DNA of 64,000 nucleotides from Convolutriloba macropyga (Eukaryota). The stretch is from NCBI RefSeq assembly GCF_964194025.1, contig NC_134474.1, positions 18,352,001 to 18,416,000 of the forward strand. The letters run 5' to 3'. Under the pieces are notes generated by a model. That model did no database searches and was not told the origin of the DNA. It worked only from the letters and a program-made list of their open reading frames with translations. Position 1 is the first letter of the stretch. Every line of letters starts with the position of its first letter. The position numbers were made by a program, and so were the translations under genes. This document shows, piece after piece, positions 32,560-44,899 of this stretch.

Positions 32560-33603
32560 ATTTTGTATTTTGATGCTCATAATTTGTACTGTGTCTGTCA
32601 TTTTATACTATTTTAATTCATTTTTTTCTTTTATTTAACATCTTTTTTCAAATAATGTACAAAAAATAATGCATATATGCATGTAATTAGCAAGATGGCG
32701 CAGTGGGAGCGCGCTGGGCCCATAACCCAGAGGACGGTAGATCAAAACTACCTCTTGCTATCTTGACTTTTTCCAATTAATGAGCGCGCAAAAGACATTT
32801 GTTACACAATTGATTCAAACAATTAGGGGAACAATCTTTGCAATTGACCTAAAATTTGTAAACAAAAATTCAACATGTCACATAATTACCCCTCAGATAA
32901 CTAGGGTAATTGAAAACCCACGCCAATTAATTTCACATTTTAATATGACCTGAAATTTGTAAACAAAAATTCAACATGTCACATAATTGCCCCTCACATA
33001 ATTACAGCAATTAATTACCCACGCCAATTCTATTGTTCTCACGTAATCACTTAATAACTACACAAACATTGATATTTTCCCCTCAAAATTTCAGCCAATC
33101 AGGAGCGTCTGCGAACCTACCCCCCACATTTGCACCGACTATACTACTAGCATATGTACATGCACAAATACATACACAAAACCTATACCCTATCTTAATA
33201 CATGGCGGCACCTAATCAATACATGTCCGCGGCTATAACTAATCTCAATACATGTCGGCGGCTATTACTAATCTTAATACATGTCGGCGGCTATAACTAA
33301 TCTTAATACATGTCGGCGGCTATAACTAATCTTAATACATGGCGGCTATACCCAATCTTAATACATGGAGATTCTATTCCTAATCTTAATACATGGAGAT
33401 TCTATTCCTAATCTTAATACATGCAACCTATCTTAATACATTAAGACCGCTATACCTAATCTTAATACATGCTAATTCATTCCCTATCTTAATACATTAG
33501 GGAGGACCCAAATCCCGAAAAATACGCTATACCCTATCTTAATACATGGGGGTCCTCACCCCCCCCCCCCCCCCCGGGGACTATCACTCACTCTATTACT
33601 ACT
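32560..33603 (-). repeat. Right terminal inverted repeat
   Basis: Reverse complement of 14686-15718. Confidence 0.96.
32689..32760 (+). tRNA. tRNA-iMet: Initiator tRNA-Met (CAT) gene, right TIR copy
   Basis: 72 nt. Acceptor stem AGCAAGA/TCTTGCT plus discriminator A (A1:U72), D stem GCGC/GCGC, anticodon arm CTGGG-CCCATAA-CCCAG (three G:C pairs), T arm GGTAG-ATCAAAA-CTACC (A54, A60). A-box TGGCGCAGTGG; TTTTT terminator at 32768-32772. Confidence 0.93.
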
Positions 33604-36600
33604 ACCGATCATAAGATAATATTTTCAAATATTAGCAAAACCCATCTCCTTTAACAAATATTAACAATAAATGCACCGTAAAGCAGTTAAAGTGTGAAAT
33701 GTTTCTGCTGTTACAGAAAACTGTTCAGCGCAAAGTTTTAATTGAACTGATATTTAGAATGAGGAACCAATATTTTACAATATTATACAATCAACGAGAA
33801 CTTCAATAAAATGACAAACCTAACTTTTTTTCAGTTAAAACTGCATGTGTTAAAAAACTCTTAAGAAACTGATTCTGGCAAAGATTAGATCAGAACGAAT
33901 GTAAAGAAAACTGTTGAAGAAAGTTTTATGTAAATAGTTTATAAAATTTGGTTGTCAAGGAATCAAATCATCTTTTCAAAAGAAAAAAGTAGTTTAGTCC
34001 ACGTTTCCAAAACGAAAAGAACACTACTAAAACTTTAAACCTTGTGGTCAACTGTTTGCTGTTTTTACGAAACAATTTGACTTTTCATAGCAATATACAG
34101 ATCATTCACAAAAACTTTGACATGGTTCATTGTAAAAAAACCTATTTCAATTAAGATTTATCAAGAACTGGAAAACTTATAGAGTTACGGCATAAAATCG
34201 CGACATAAACGCGCGACCTTTTGGCGCTTGAAAATCATTTTTCTTTAATTTAATGCGTATTGGAGCTTGTCTAGCTTTTTGCCATATATATTTTATTTAT
34301 TATTTTCTTCGCTGTGCATTTTTTTCGAATTTCGCAAAATAACCCATTATAATCAGTAGCTACTTTTCATATTTTGCATAGCATAGTATGTCTTCAAAAA
34401 CTTTTTGGTAAAGCAAAACTTTTTTTTCCAAACTACTATCAGACGTATTTGTAAGTTCTGCCGAAACAGACAGTTAAATTTAAGCTCATCATAAGAGACT
34501 GAAATCTAAATATTGCGAAAAAAAACTGTCCAGGTAATGTTATTTGTTCAACTTCTACGTGCTTCTACGTTCAATTTCTTTAAGCACGTTTAAAAAGTGT
34601 TCAATTGCAACCAATTAAATACATTAACATTTGTTTTCACGGAAAACCGTAACTTTCAAATCGCCGAATTCAGATGCTTCAGTTTTCTTTATTTCTGTTC
34701 AGCTTAAGTCCTTTTTTCCTATTTGCTGCCAGCATGGGCACTTTTGATAAATTCATGCGCACCCATTTGGGCTACTAAAATATACACAAAATATCGATAA
34801 AGTTACCGAAATCAAAAACAAACATTCAATTGAGCGTAAGACATTGTTTTCTACGGTTATCAAAAACCAACTTATTTAAAAAATAATATCGATAAACACG
34901 CTTCAAAACAGTTAGAGTATGAACTTCTTCTGCTGGTAAAGAAAACTGTTCTGCGCAAAATCTCAATTGAATTGATATGTAGAATGAATCAGTATTTTAC
35001 AATATTATACATTTAACAAGTAATTCAATAAATTCTCGTGATTGTCATCATATCTGAGTATGATTTCACTCATATATTTTAAATGTCAAAAAAGTCAAAT
35101 CTTTGTTCTTCATTGTGCATTATTTTTAATTTTGCAAATCACCCAACATAATCATTAGCTACCTGTCATATCTTGATATGTTTTCCATATTTTCTTTTAA
35201 AAGCAAGGTGCATTTTTTGAAACTACTATCAGATGTATTTTGAAGTTAGGGCGAAGCAGACAGACAAAATCAAACTCATCATAAGAGATCGAACTATAAA
35301 TATCGCGAGAAAAACTGTCCAGGTAATGTGATTTGTTCAATTCTACGTGTTTCTACGTTCAATTTATAAGAACGCATTAGATTGAGTTCAATTGCTAGCC
35401 ATTGCAAAAAGTCTCAAAACGCCAAATTCAGACGCTTCAGTTTTCTTTATTTCTGTTCGCTTTTATGTCCATGTTTTGCTATTTGATTCCAGAATGGTCA
35501 CTTTCAATAAATCCGTGCGCACTCATTCGAGTGATAAAGGATGAACACACAAAATCAATAAGTTAAGTGATTTGAAAAACGGAATTTCAATCGAGCGTAA
35601 GATATTAAATTGTAATGCTAGTAAAAACCAACTTATTTAAAGCACAATAACAATAAACACGCTTCAAAACAGTTAGAGTATGAACTTCTTCTACTGGTAG
35701 AGAAAAGTGTTCTGCGCAAAGCTTCAATAGAATTTATATGTAGAATGAGGAATCACTTTTTTACAATATTATAATTTTAGCGAGAATTTCAATAAAATTC
35801 TCGTTATATCGATCATATCTTAGTATGTTTCACTCATATATTTTAAATTTCAAAAAGTCAAATTTTTTGTGGCGCATTTTTTTTGAATTTTTCAAATTAC
35901 CCATCATAATCATTAGCTACTTGTCATATTTATCATATCTTGGTATGATTTCTATATTTTCTTTTAAAAGCAAAGTACATTTTTCGAAACTGGTATTCTT
36001 TGTTTGTTTGTTTCTAGGTCCATTTGTGATATTTGATGCCAGAATTGGCACTTTCAAAAAATCCGTGCGCACTCATTTGAGCGATTAGGGATACAAACAA
36101 AAATTCAAAAAGTTAACTGATTTAAAACACGGAATTTCAATCGAGCGTAAGATATTAATTTCTAATGTTCGTAAAACTTTTTTACAGCATAATAAAAACA
36201 AACGCACTTCATGGCAGTTAAAGTATGAACTCCTTCTGCTGGTACAGAAAACTGTTCAGCTCAAAATTTGAATTGAACTGATAGGTAGAATGGGGAATCA
36301 ATATATTACAATATTATACAATTGAAGGAAATTTCAATAAAATAGCTAACATATTTTCAGTAAAAATTTTAAGTAAAAAAGAATTTTAAAATGCCTGATT
36401 CTGAAAAAAATTTAGATCAGAATAAATATAGAGAAAATCGTTGAAGAAAGCTTTAATTTTCGTAGCAATTCAAAGAACTCTTTCAAAATTTTTGACAACG
36501 TTTTTTTGTGATTTTGCAAAATTACCTTATCATAATCAGTAGCTACTTGTGATATTTATCGTAGCTTGGTATGTTTCCAATAATTTCTTTTAAGAGCAAA

Positions 36601-39600
36601 ATACATTTTTCCAAACGAATATCAGAAGTATTTTGATGTTCTTCCGAAACAGAAGGTTGGAATTAAAGTCATCATAAGAGATCGAACTATACATATCGCA
36701 GGAAAAACTGTCGCGGTAATGTTGTTTGCTCAATTTCTACGTGCTTCTACGTTCAATTTCCAGGAGCGCGTTTGGAATGTGTTCAATTGCTACCCAATGA
36801 AGAAATGATCATTTGTTTTCACGAAAAACCGTAATGCTCAAATCGCCGAAATCAAAAGCTTCAATTTTCTTTATTTCTGTTTGCATTCTAGTACTCTTTT
36901 GCTATTTGTTTCCAGCATGGGCACTTTCGATAAATCGATAAGCATTCATTCAGGCGAATAAAGATACAAAAAAATCAAAAAACTGATTTAAAAAACGGAA
37001 TTTCAATCGAGCGGGAGATATTTTTTCTAATGATAGCAAAACCCCACGCATTTAAAACACAAAACGATAGACGCAATTCAAAGCAAATATAGTGAGAACT
37101 TCATCTGTTTCACAGAAAACTGTTCACCTCAACGTTTCAATAGAACTGAAATCTAGAATGAGGAATCAATATTTTAGGATATTATACAATTAACGGAATT
37201 TTCGAAAGTGTCTGACCCGTTTTCAGTAAATATCGTATGTAAAAAATAAAATCTTAAAAAACGTGATTCTGACAAAAATTGGGTCAGAACAAATATAAAG
37301 AAAACTGCCGAAAAAATCTTAACTTTCTCAAAAATTTACAGAACTTTTTCAAAACTTTTGACAATGTTTATAGTGATTTTTTTTAAAATTGAATATATTT
37401 TTGCCATGTATTTATAAGTTTTGCCATATATTTTAGTTTGAAAAATTGTCAATTTTTTTTCCGTTGTGCAATTTTTTCGAATTTGGCAAATTACCTTATA
37501 ATAATCAGTAGCTTTTTAAATTTACCAAATTTACTTGTCAATATTACCATGTCTGCTATTTTTTTTCTTTTAAAAGTAAAATACAATTTTTCACACTACT
37601 ATTAGAAGTATTTTGAAGTTCTGTCGAAGCAGACAGTCAAGATTAAACTCATCAAAACAGATCGTACTATAAATATCGCGAAAACAAATTTTGGGTTAAC
37701 GTTATTTGTTTAATTTCTACGTGCTTCTACGTTCAATTTCTAAGAGCTCGTTTAGAATGTGTTCAATTGCTACCCATCGAAGAAATGAACATTTGTTTTC
37801 ACGGAGATTAGAGCAGAAGAACTATAAAGAACACTGTTGAAAAAAAAACTTTTCACAACAGTATACAAAATTTCTCAAAATCTTTGATGTTTATAGGGAT
37901 TTTTCTAAATTGAGGAATGGAAAACTTTTATTAGAGTTACGGAACACAAAGGTGTAACTGTCACGCCTGAAAATTTTTTTGTAATTAATTTACTCTTACT
38001 GGAACTCTTCTAGCGTTTTTCCATATATTTTCAATTTAAAAAGGCAACTTTTTTGTGCAATATTTTCGAATTTTGCAAATTACCCTATCATAATCAGTAG
38101 CTACTTGTCATATTTATTAAACCTTGGCATGCTTTTATTATTTTCTTTTGAAACTAAAATTAATTTTTCAAACAACTATCAGAAGCATATTAGTGTTCTG
38201 CCGAAACAGAATGTTAAAATAAACTCATCATAAGAAATCGAACTTTTAATATTGCGAGAAAAACAAAACTGTCAAGGTAATGTTATTTGTTCAATTTCTA
38301 CGTGTTTCTACGTTCAATTTCTAAGATTGTATTCAATTTCGCATTTAGAATGTGTTCAATTGCTTTCCATTGCAGAAATGAACATTTGTTTTCGTGAAAA
38401 GCCGTAATGTTCAAATTGTCGAAATCAGAAGCTTCAGAGTTCGTTATTTCTGTTTGCTTTCAAGTCCTTTTTTGCAATTTTTGCCAGCATGGGTGCTTTT
38501 GATAAACCAATGTGCACTCTTTCAGGCAGTTAAAGATATACACAGAAAGTCAAAAAGTTAACTGATATAAAAAAAAAACGAGAAATCAATCGAGCATAAG
38601 ATACTAATTTTTAATTTCAGCAAAACCCAACGCATTTCCGGCATAATAACAATAAACACATTTCAAAGCAGTTACAGTATTAACTCCTGTTGTACAGAAA
38701 ACTGTTCACCTAAACAATTCAATTGAATTGATATGTAGAATGAGGAATTAATATTTTACGATTTTATACAATTAACAGAAATTTCAATATAGCTAACCTA
38801 TTTTCAGTAAAAATCGTTTGTAAAAAAAAAGAAGTTCAAAACACCTGATTCTGACAAAGATTCGATCAGAACAAATATAAAGAAAACTGTTGAAGAAGCT
38901 TTTCAAAAATTTTTTTAATTTGAAAAATGAAAAACTTTTAGAGTTACGGAACACAAAGGCGCAACATTTCCATACCTGAAAATCCATTTTTAATTAATTT
39001 ACTCCTTACAGGAACGCTTCTAGCGTTTTGCAATATATTTTAATTTTCAGAACATGCAAATCTTTTGTCGTTGCGCCATTTTTCCCATTTCGCAAATTAC
39101 CCTATCATAATCAGTAGCTACTTGTCATATTCATCATATCTTGGTATGTTTTCAAGAAAAACTTTCGATGTAATGTTATTTGTCCAACTTCTACCTGCTT
39201 CGGACATTTTGGTTCGTCTCTTCTGTGTGATGTGACAAATTGGTATCACACTTTAACTTGATAAGTATTCAGCATCACAGCGGGTAGCAAGAAAAAAGTT
39301 TGCTTACGAAGCTTGCATGCGTCGCTCAACATGTTTACTGCTTCTATCATTTGTCTTCCTTAGCACTTAATCTTTACTCATCACTTCGTTTCCTGAATCA
39401 CTTAAACCAGACGTTTTTTTACGTGACAGAACCTAGGAAGCTTCTCTAATTTATCAAATTATCCTTTGGACTCCTGCTCTGCAATGTTCAACGGCTGTTT
39501 TTGCACTGTAATTCATCTCCTGTAGTTCATTAAATGGTGTTTCTCTCAGTAGTGTTGACATTACCTTTTGAGCAATTGAATCAAATTGACTTTACCCTTT

Positions 39601-40240
39601 GGAGAACTCTGGCTTGGTGCTTTCAATCACCGGCTTCTCTTTACGTAATTGAGATCAGTTTCAGAAAAGCTCCATTGACGTAGAGATTAAATGTTAGTTG
39701 CAACTTGATATTGGTTGCACAACACCACGAGCGCGTTTAGATTGTATTCAACTGTTGTGCATTGAAGACATTAACATTTTCATGAACAACGGTAATGCTC
39801 AAATGACTAAATTCAGACGCTTCAATTTTCTTTTTCTGTTCGTGTTCTTAAATACTTATTTGCTATTTATTGCGAGTATGAGCACTTTCGATAAATCGGA
39901 GCGCACGTGTTCGATCGATAAAAATATAACCAAAAAATCGATAAATTAACGGATTTTAAAAAATGGAAATTCAATTGAGCGCTATCAATTATTTTCTAAG
40001 ATTAGCAAAACCCAACCCATTCAACCCACATTTTAAAGCAGTAAAAGTATGAACTCATTCTGGTGGTACACAAAACTGTGGATCGGAAAAATCAATTCAA
40101 TTGATATGTAGAAAAAGAAATCAATATTTTACAATACTATACATTTACCGCAAAATGTGCAACCTAACTACTTTGAGTAAAAATCATATACAAATAGAAT
40201 CTTAAAATACCTGATTTTGACAAACATTAGATCAGAAAGT
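33604..40240 (+). repeat. Continuation of the same satellite right of the Polinton
   Basis: The same motifs recur every ~0.6-1 kb; 33606 onward matches 11529 onward, and 39190-39600 matches 13468-13900. Confidence 0.85.
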
Positions 40241-40294
40241 CAAAAGTTCTGCAGCGCTAGTCCAGATAAATCCAGTGCAATAGCCAATGTGAGT

Positions 40295-41477
40295 TCAAGA
40301 TGTCATCCAGGTTCTCCTAACTTCAGCCTTTTCCGCAATTTCCCTCCAATCAGAAAAAAGCTCAGCCTCTATCCTCTGCCTGTAAGCGTCTAGATTCTTT
40401 GTTTTTAACACGTGATCATTGAACGGATTGTCATCAGTCGAACAGAAGAAAGTATAATAGACAACCTGCAAAACTGGGAATAACAGACAATCTATGAGGG
40501 ATATTTTGTCCCCCATGAAGTATGGCTTATCAGCTAAGAACTCAGAACATGCATCCATATCTTCACCCCATGCTTTTATAATCTGTTCACGCGTCATTCT
40601 TCCAGTTCCCTGTGCCCAAACGCTTTTCTTAATTTGACTACCAATTACATATCCCACCAAATGGCCAGCAAGTCTATTTCCCACGGCAAGTCTATTTCCC
40701 ACGAAATGATTCAACATTAGTTTTCCATTATCTGATAAATTGTATCTCCATGCCAACGCAGCGAATACAGATCCGTCACTGATCATGCGTTGAAACGCGC
40801 GTGAAATAGCCTTTTCTCTTGCGGTCAAATGAGCGTTCATGTCAATGTTGTAGTCACGCATCAGTCGCTCGATGATGTGAAAGGAATCTGGTATTGACTC
40901 ACCTGTAAGAAACACTAATTGCATAGATCAGATTGGTATATCAGCTTCGTTTCGCAGAAATTGTCAACTCATGTGAAATACTACTATTTTTTAAATATGC
41001 CAACATTTAAAATGGAAATCTCTCCGCGGCAAAATGTACTATATTTAAGCTTTTTACTTCAAATGCTCATAGACCAGCTACGCGCAAAACACGCTGTCTA
41101 AAAAATAGCCATTGCAGCACAGTAGGTTATCATTCTTGCACTCTCAGAAGCAAAACAGATTTAGATCAAGATTTGTAAGATTGCAACTTCACATTTCGCG
41201 TCATAGGAGGCAAATAATGCCATCAGTGGCGCATCTAAATTGCATGTTTTTGCTAGAAGTTAAATCAATCAACTATTCATTGCTAATACAAACACTAACC
41301 TTTATATTCTACCCAAGGCGACTTCTTTGTGTGTGGATGAGTTGGTGACTTTGTTGTGACTGTGTACGGAATCTTAGCCCATCTGAGGAACATTTCTACA
41401 CGAATAGGGAAAGGCGAAACTGATATGGAACCACCATATGATGGAAAGGCATGAATGACAATGTCCTCAGCGCCCAT
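40295..41477 (-). CDS. FAX (failed axon connections)/metaxin-like GST-fold protein, copy 1; exons 41477-41300 and 40902-40295
   Basis: SPFPIRVEMFLR..KIPY, K.PWVEYKG/ESIPDS..IIE.L, AQGTGR and YFMGDK.S..DC; GT-AG phase-1 intron. Confidence 0.88.
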
Positions 41478-42028
41478 TACGTCAAGTGGGTTTAGCAAGA
41501 TAAACTTACCTGAAATTTTGATCAACACTAACGCAATTATCCATAAATGTTGAGCAAAAACTGTTTGCCTATCAACAAGATTACAGTAATTTAATTCAAA
41601 TTCCAGTTTGAATAGCCACGAACTATTCTGGAATTCATTGACGCGGGGTTCCATTACTTCTGGACGATTCACTTGATCTTATTTTTCCCACGAAGAACGT
41701 ACACGAAATAATTCGTTTAAACTTCTTCGATGGTCATTTAGATAAAATTTTTAGCAGAGTATCATGTCACATCGGACACTTGTCTAACTACTATGTTTAG
41801 CTTCTGCACAAAAGAGCATAGGGATAAATTTTGAATGATATGTTGGATGAAAATTTTTACAATATACACTAAACGATATTCATAATTCCAATAGGGCTAA
41901 TTGTTGACTTCCGGTAAAAAACAGAATGAAATGTAAAAATAGAAAATCACATTTCTATTGAAAAAGGAATAGAAAAATTGGTTCATTCTGCATTAATCAC
42001 GCGGCAGCTAGCATGATGACCGCACAAA

Positions 42029-43199
42029 TTAAGATGGCGTCCACGTTCTCTTAGAATCAGCTTTCTCCGCAATTTCCATCCAATCAGGGAAAAACTCTGC
42101 TTCGATCTTTTTCCTGTACGCGTCTAGATTCTTTGTATTCAACATATGATCTTTGATAGGATTGTCGTCAGTCGAACAGAAGAAAGTATGTTCTACAACC
42201 TCCATGACTGGGAAAGTCAGGCAATCTATTAACGAAACTTTATCTCCCATGAAGTAGGTTTTATCAGCTAAAAACTCAGAGCAGGCATCCATATCGTCAA
42301 AGCAAGATTTCAAAATCTGCTCACGCGTCATTCTTCCTGTTCCTTGAGCCCAAACGTTTTTCTTCATTTGCCCGCCCGCGAACTGTGATACTATGCTGCC
42401 CAGAACTCCGTTTCCTAAGAAATGTTTGACCATCAGTTTCCCATTGTCCGATAAAGTAAATCGCCAGGCAAATCCAGCAAATAGGGATCCTTCGCTGAGC
42501 ATACGTTGAAAAGCGCGTGAAATAGCTTTCTCTTCAGCTGTCAAATGAGCATCCATGTCAAGGTTATAGTCCTTCATGAGCCGCTCAATTATAATAAATG
42601 AGTCTGGTATTGATTCGCCTAAAATAGAGAAAACGATCATGATGACAAAATACATTTTGTCAGTTGGCATAAAAAAGAACGCCAGTTGATAAAATTCATG
42701 ATTTGTCTGAACGTAGAAAATGCTTTTCAAAAACTTTGCCCCTCAATCATCGAAAAGCTGTACCTCTCTGTTACTAGTTGCGAACAGTTAACCATTCCAG
42801 AATTCCGTTAATGAAAATTAGTCTCCACGAATTTTTGATATCTACTTTTGTGATGACAGGTTGTCTCGGTAAAAGTTTTTATCTTTGCGCGTAAACGGCT
42901 TTGTATAAAACATAATTTTTTTATTTTACAATCGAAATTCTAGGAATCTGTTTTACTGTTGCCCCAGAGGTCATAATTTAAAATAATATCATTAATGTAT
43001 GTAATCATTAACTTCTCCAACCTTTATACTCCATCCAAGGTGTCTTCTTCGTGTGAGAATGAGTTGGAGAGTTGGTTGTTACCGTGTATGGAATCTTTGC
43101 CCATCTAAGAAACATTTCAACTCGAATAGGAAAAGGCGAGGCTGATATGGAGCCACCATAAGGTGGAAAGGCGTGAATGACAATGTCTTCAGCACTCAT
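42029..43199 (-). CDS. FAX/metaxin-like GST-fold protein, copy 2; exons 43199-43022 and 42618-42029
   Basis: Paralogue of copy 1 with an identical 178-nt first coding exon length and intron position. Confidence 0.88.
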
Positions 43200-43328
43200 G
43201 GTGCCAATTGAACTTATCTGAAAGTTTGCTGAAAATGAGAGCATTTCAAATTATGATTAATCATCCTAAAATGTCTGTTCTAACATAGAGCAATTAAATT
43301 TTATCAACATGTTCAAAACAGTCAAACG

Positions 43329-44060
43329 CTAGGTTTTATGATGACCATTGTCTAACGGTTTCCAATTCCTTTTAGACGATTTACTCGATGCAATTTCGTC
43401 CCAGTCAGGGAACAACTCGTTTTGCAACCTGCTTCTATATTCGTTGAGGTTACGCCTTTCAGTGATGCCATCTCGTAACGGACTCTCATTTCTCGAGTTT
43501 TCTGATGTATGGTAAGCGACTTGTAGAAACGCAAATGAGATACAATCAACTGAAGACATTTTATCACCCATAAAGTACGGTTTGTCCGATAAATAAAGTG
43601 ACAGCGCATCAAGGTCGCCACTGCATGTCTGCAAAATATGTTCATGCGGCATTCGTCCAATTCCCTGAGCCCACAGTTGTTTCTTTACCTGGTGAGCTGC
43701 AAGATATGAGGCAGCAATACCCCTCAATTTTTTCTTCCTGAAAAAAGTTTTGATGGTATTTCTACCACTGTCTGACATCAAGAAACTCCAAGCCGACCCA
43801 CTGAAAATAGTTCCTTCACTCAGCATTCGCTGAAGAGCATGAGATACAGCTTTCTGTTCCGATGTTAAGTGCTCATCCATGTCTATTTTGAAGTCTTTTT
43901 CAAGTCGTTTGATGATGTAATAGGAGTCAGCAATTTCTTCCCCTAAATTAAACACTACTCGGATAACACATTTTTTAGAACAGTTATCTACACCTTACTC
44001 ACGCAGTCACTTTATTCACCTTTGTAATCAATCCAAGGTGTCTTCTTCGATATTAGAGGT
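43329..44060 (-). pseudogene. FAX-like copy 3: intact last exon (43942-43329) with a disrupted upstream exon
   Basis: KKTPWIDYK ends at 44020 before GT, but an in-frame TGA lies just upstream and no N-terminal segment is recognisable. Confidence 0.6.
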
Positions 44061-44899
44061 CATTTGAGGAGCCGAACATAGACGACTTCTAGAAAGTTAA
44101 TGCAACCGATTATTAAGATCCCAAGCATAGTAATTCTTGAAAATATCTTCATTGATTTCGGACGAATTTATGTAACACGACCTGCGGGTGGGAATCAATT
44201 TTACGCGAGGAGGGCTTCAAAGTGCTTCCATCAGAGGTCAGTTCCCCCACGAAAGATTACTATTTAATCAATATCGGCGCTCTTTCTATTGGACTTTTAG
44301 TAGCAAACTGCCGCCAATTCAGTAAAGCTGCTTTATTCGCAAAAACTTGCATGAAAAGACCGATGGGATTTAAATTAAAATAAGAGCAAAGTATAATAGA
44401 AGTCGGAAAAGCCACCTTTTGTCCGTTAATCTTCTCATTTACAGGAGGAGCTGGTCCGTCAGCATCAAAAACCATGCGGAGATTGGCTTCCAGGATCAGC
44501 GATAAGAAAATTCATATTCCGACGTGATCACGTACATAAAGTATAAAATAGGTTGTGCGCTCTTGCGTAGTGCCATACTCTGAATCCGTGGCGCGCGCTC
44601 CTTGCGCCAGCGCCCTGCAATGGAAACGTCAATAAGACACATTGTAGAGGAAGGATGTTGACCTAACTGTTTATTCTTTTCCTAATCCTGATTCAAAATT
44701 ACTGCAATTTGTTTTGATTGCTATTTATCATTTCTATTTTGATTATATTTCTGATGCTTTAGTTTCTCTCTCTCGCATCTGATGCTTTAGTTGTCGACTA
44801 CTGTCAAGACTAATTGTTGGGATAAACTTATTAAATAGTATCCACGTGCCCCGGGAGTCTACTTAAATCTAATTCAGCTCCTGATTGTAATTATTTACT

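Larger units (their letters stand above)
14686..33603. mobile_element. Full-length Polinton/Maverick (adintovirus-like endogenous virus), ~18.9 kb
   Basis: Starts AGTAGTAATAGAGTGAG at 14686 and ends CTCACTCTATTACTACT at 33603. ACCGAT direct repeats lie at 14680-14685 and 33604-33609 (6-bp TSD). It has ~1-kb TIRs and encodes pPolB, ATPase, integrase, two capsid proteins and a protease. Confidence 0.97.
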
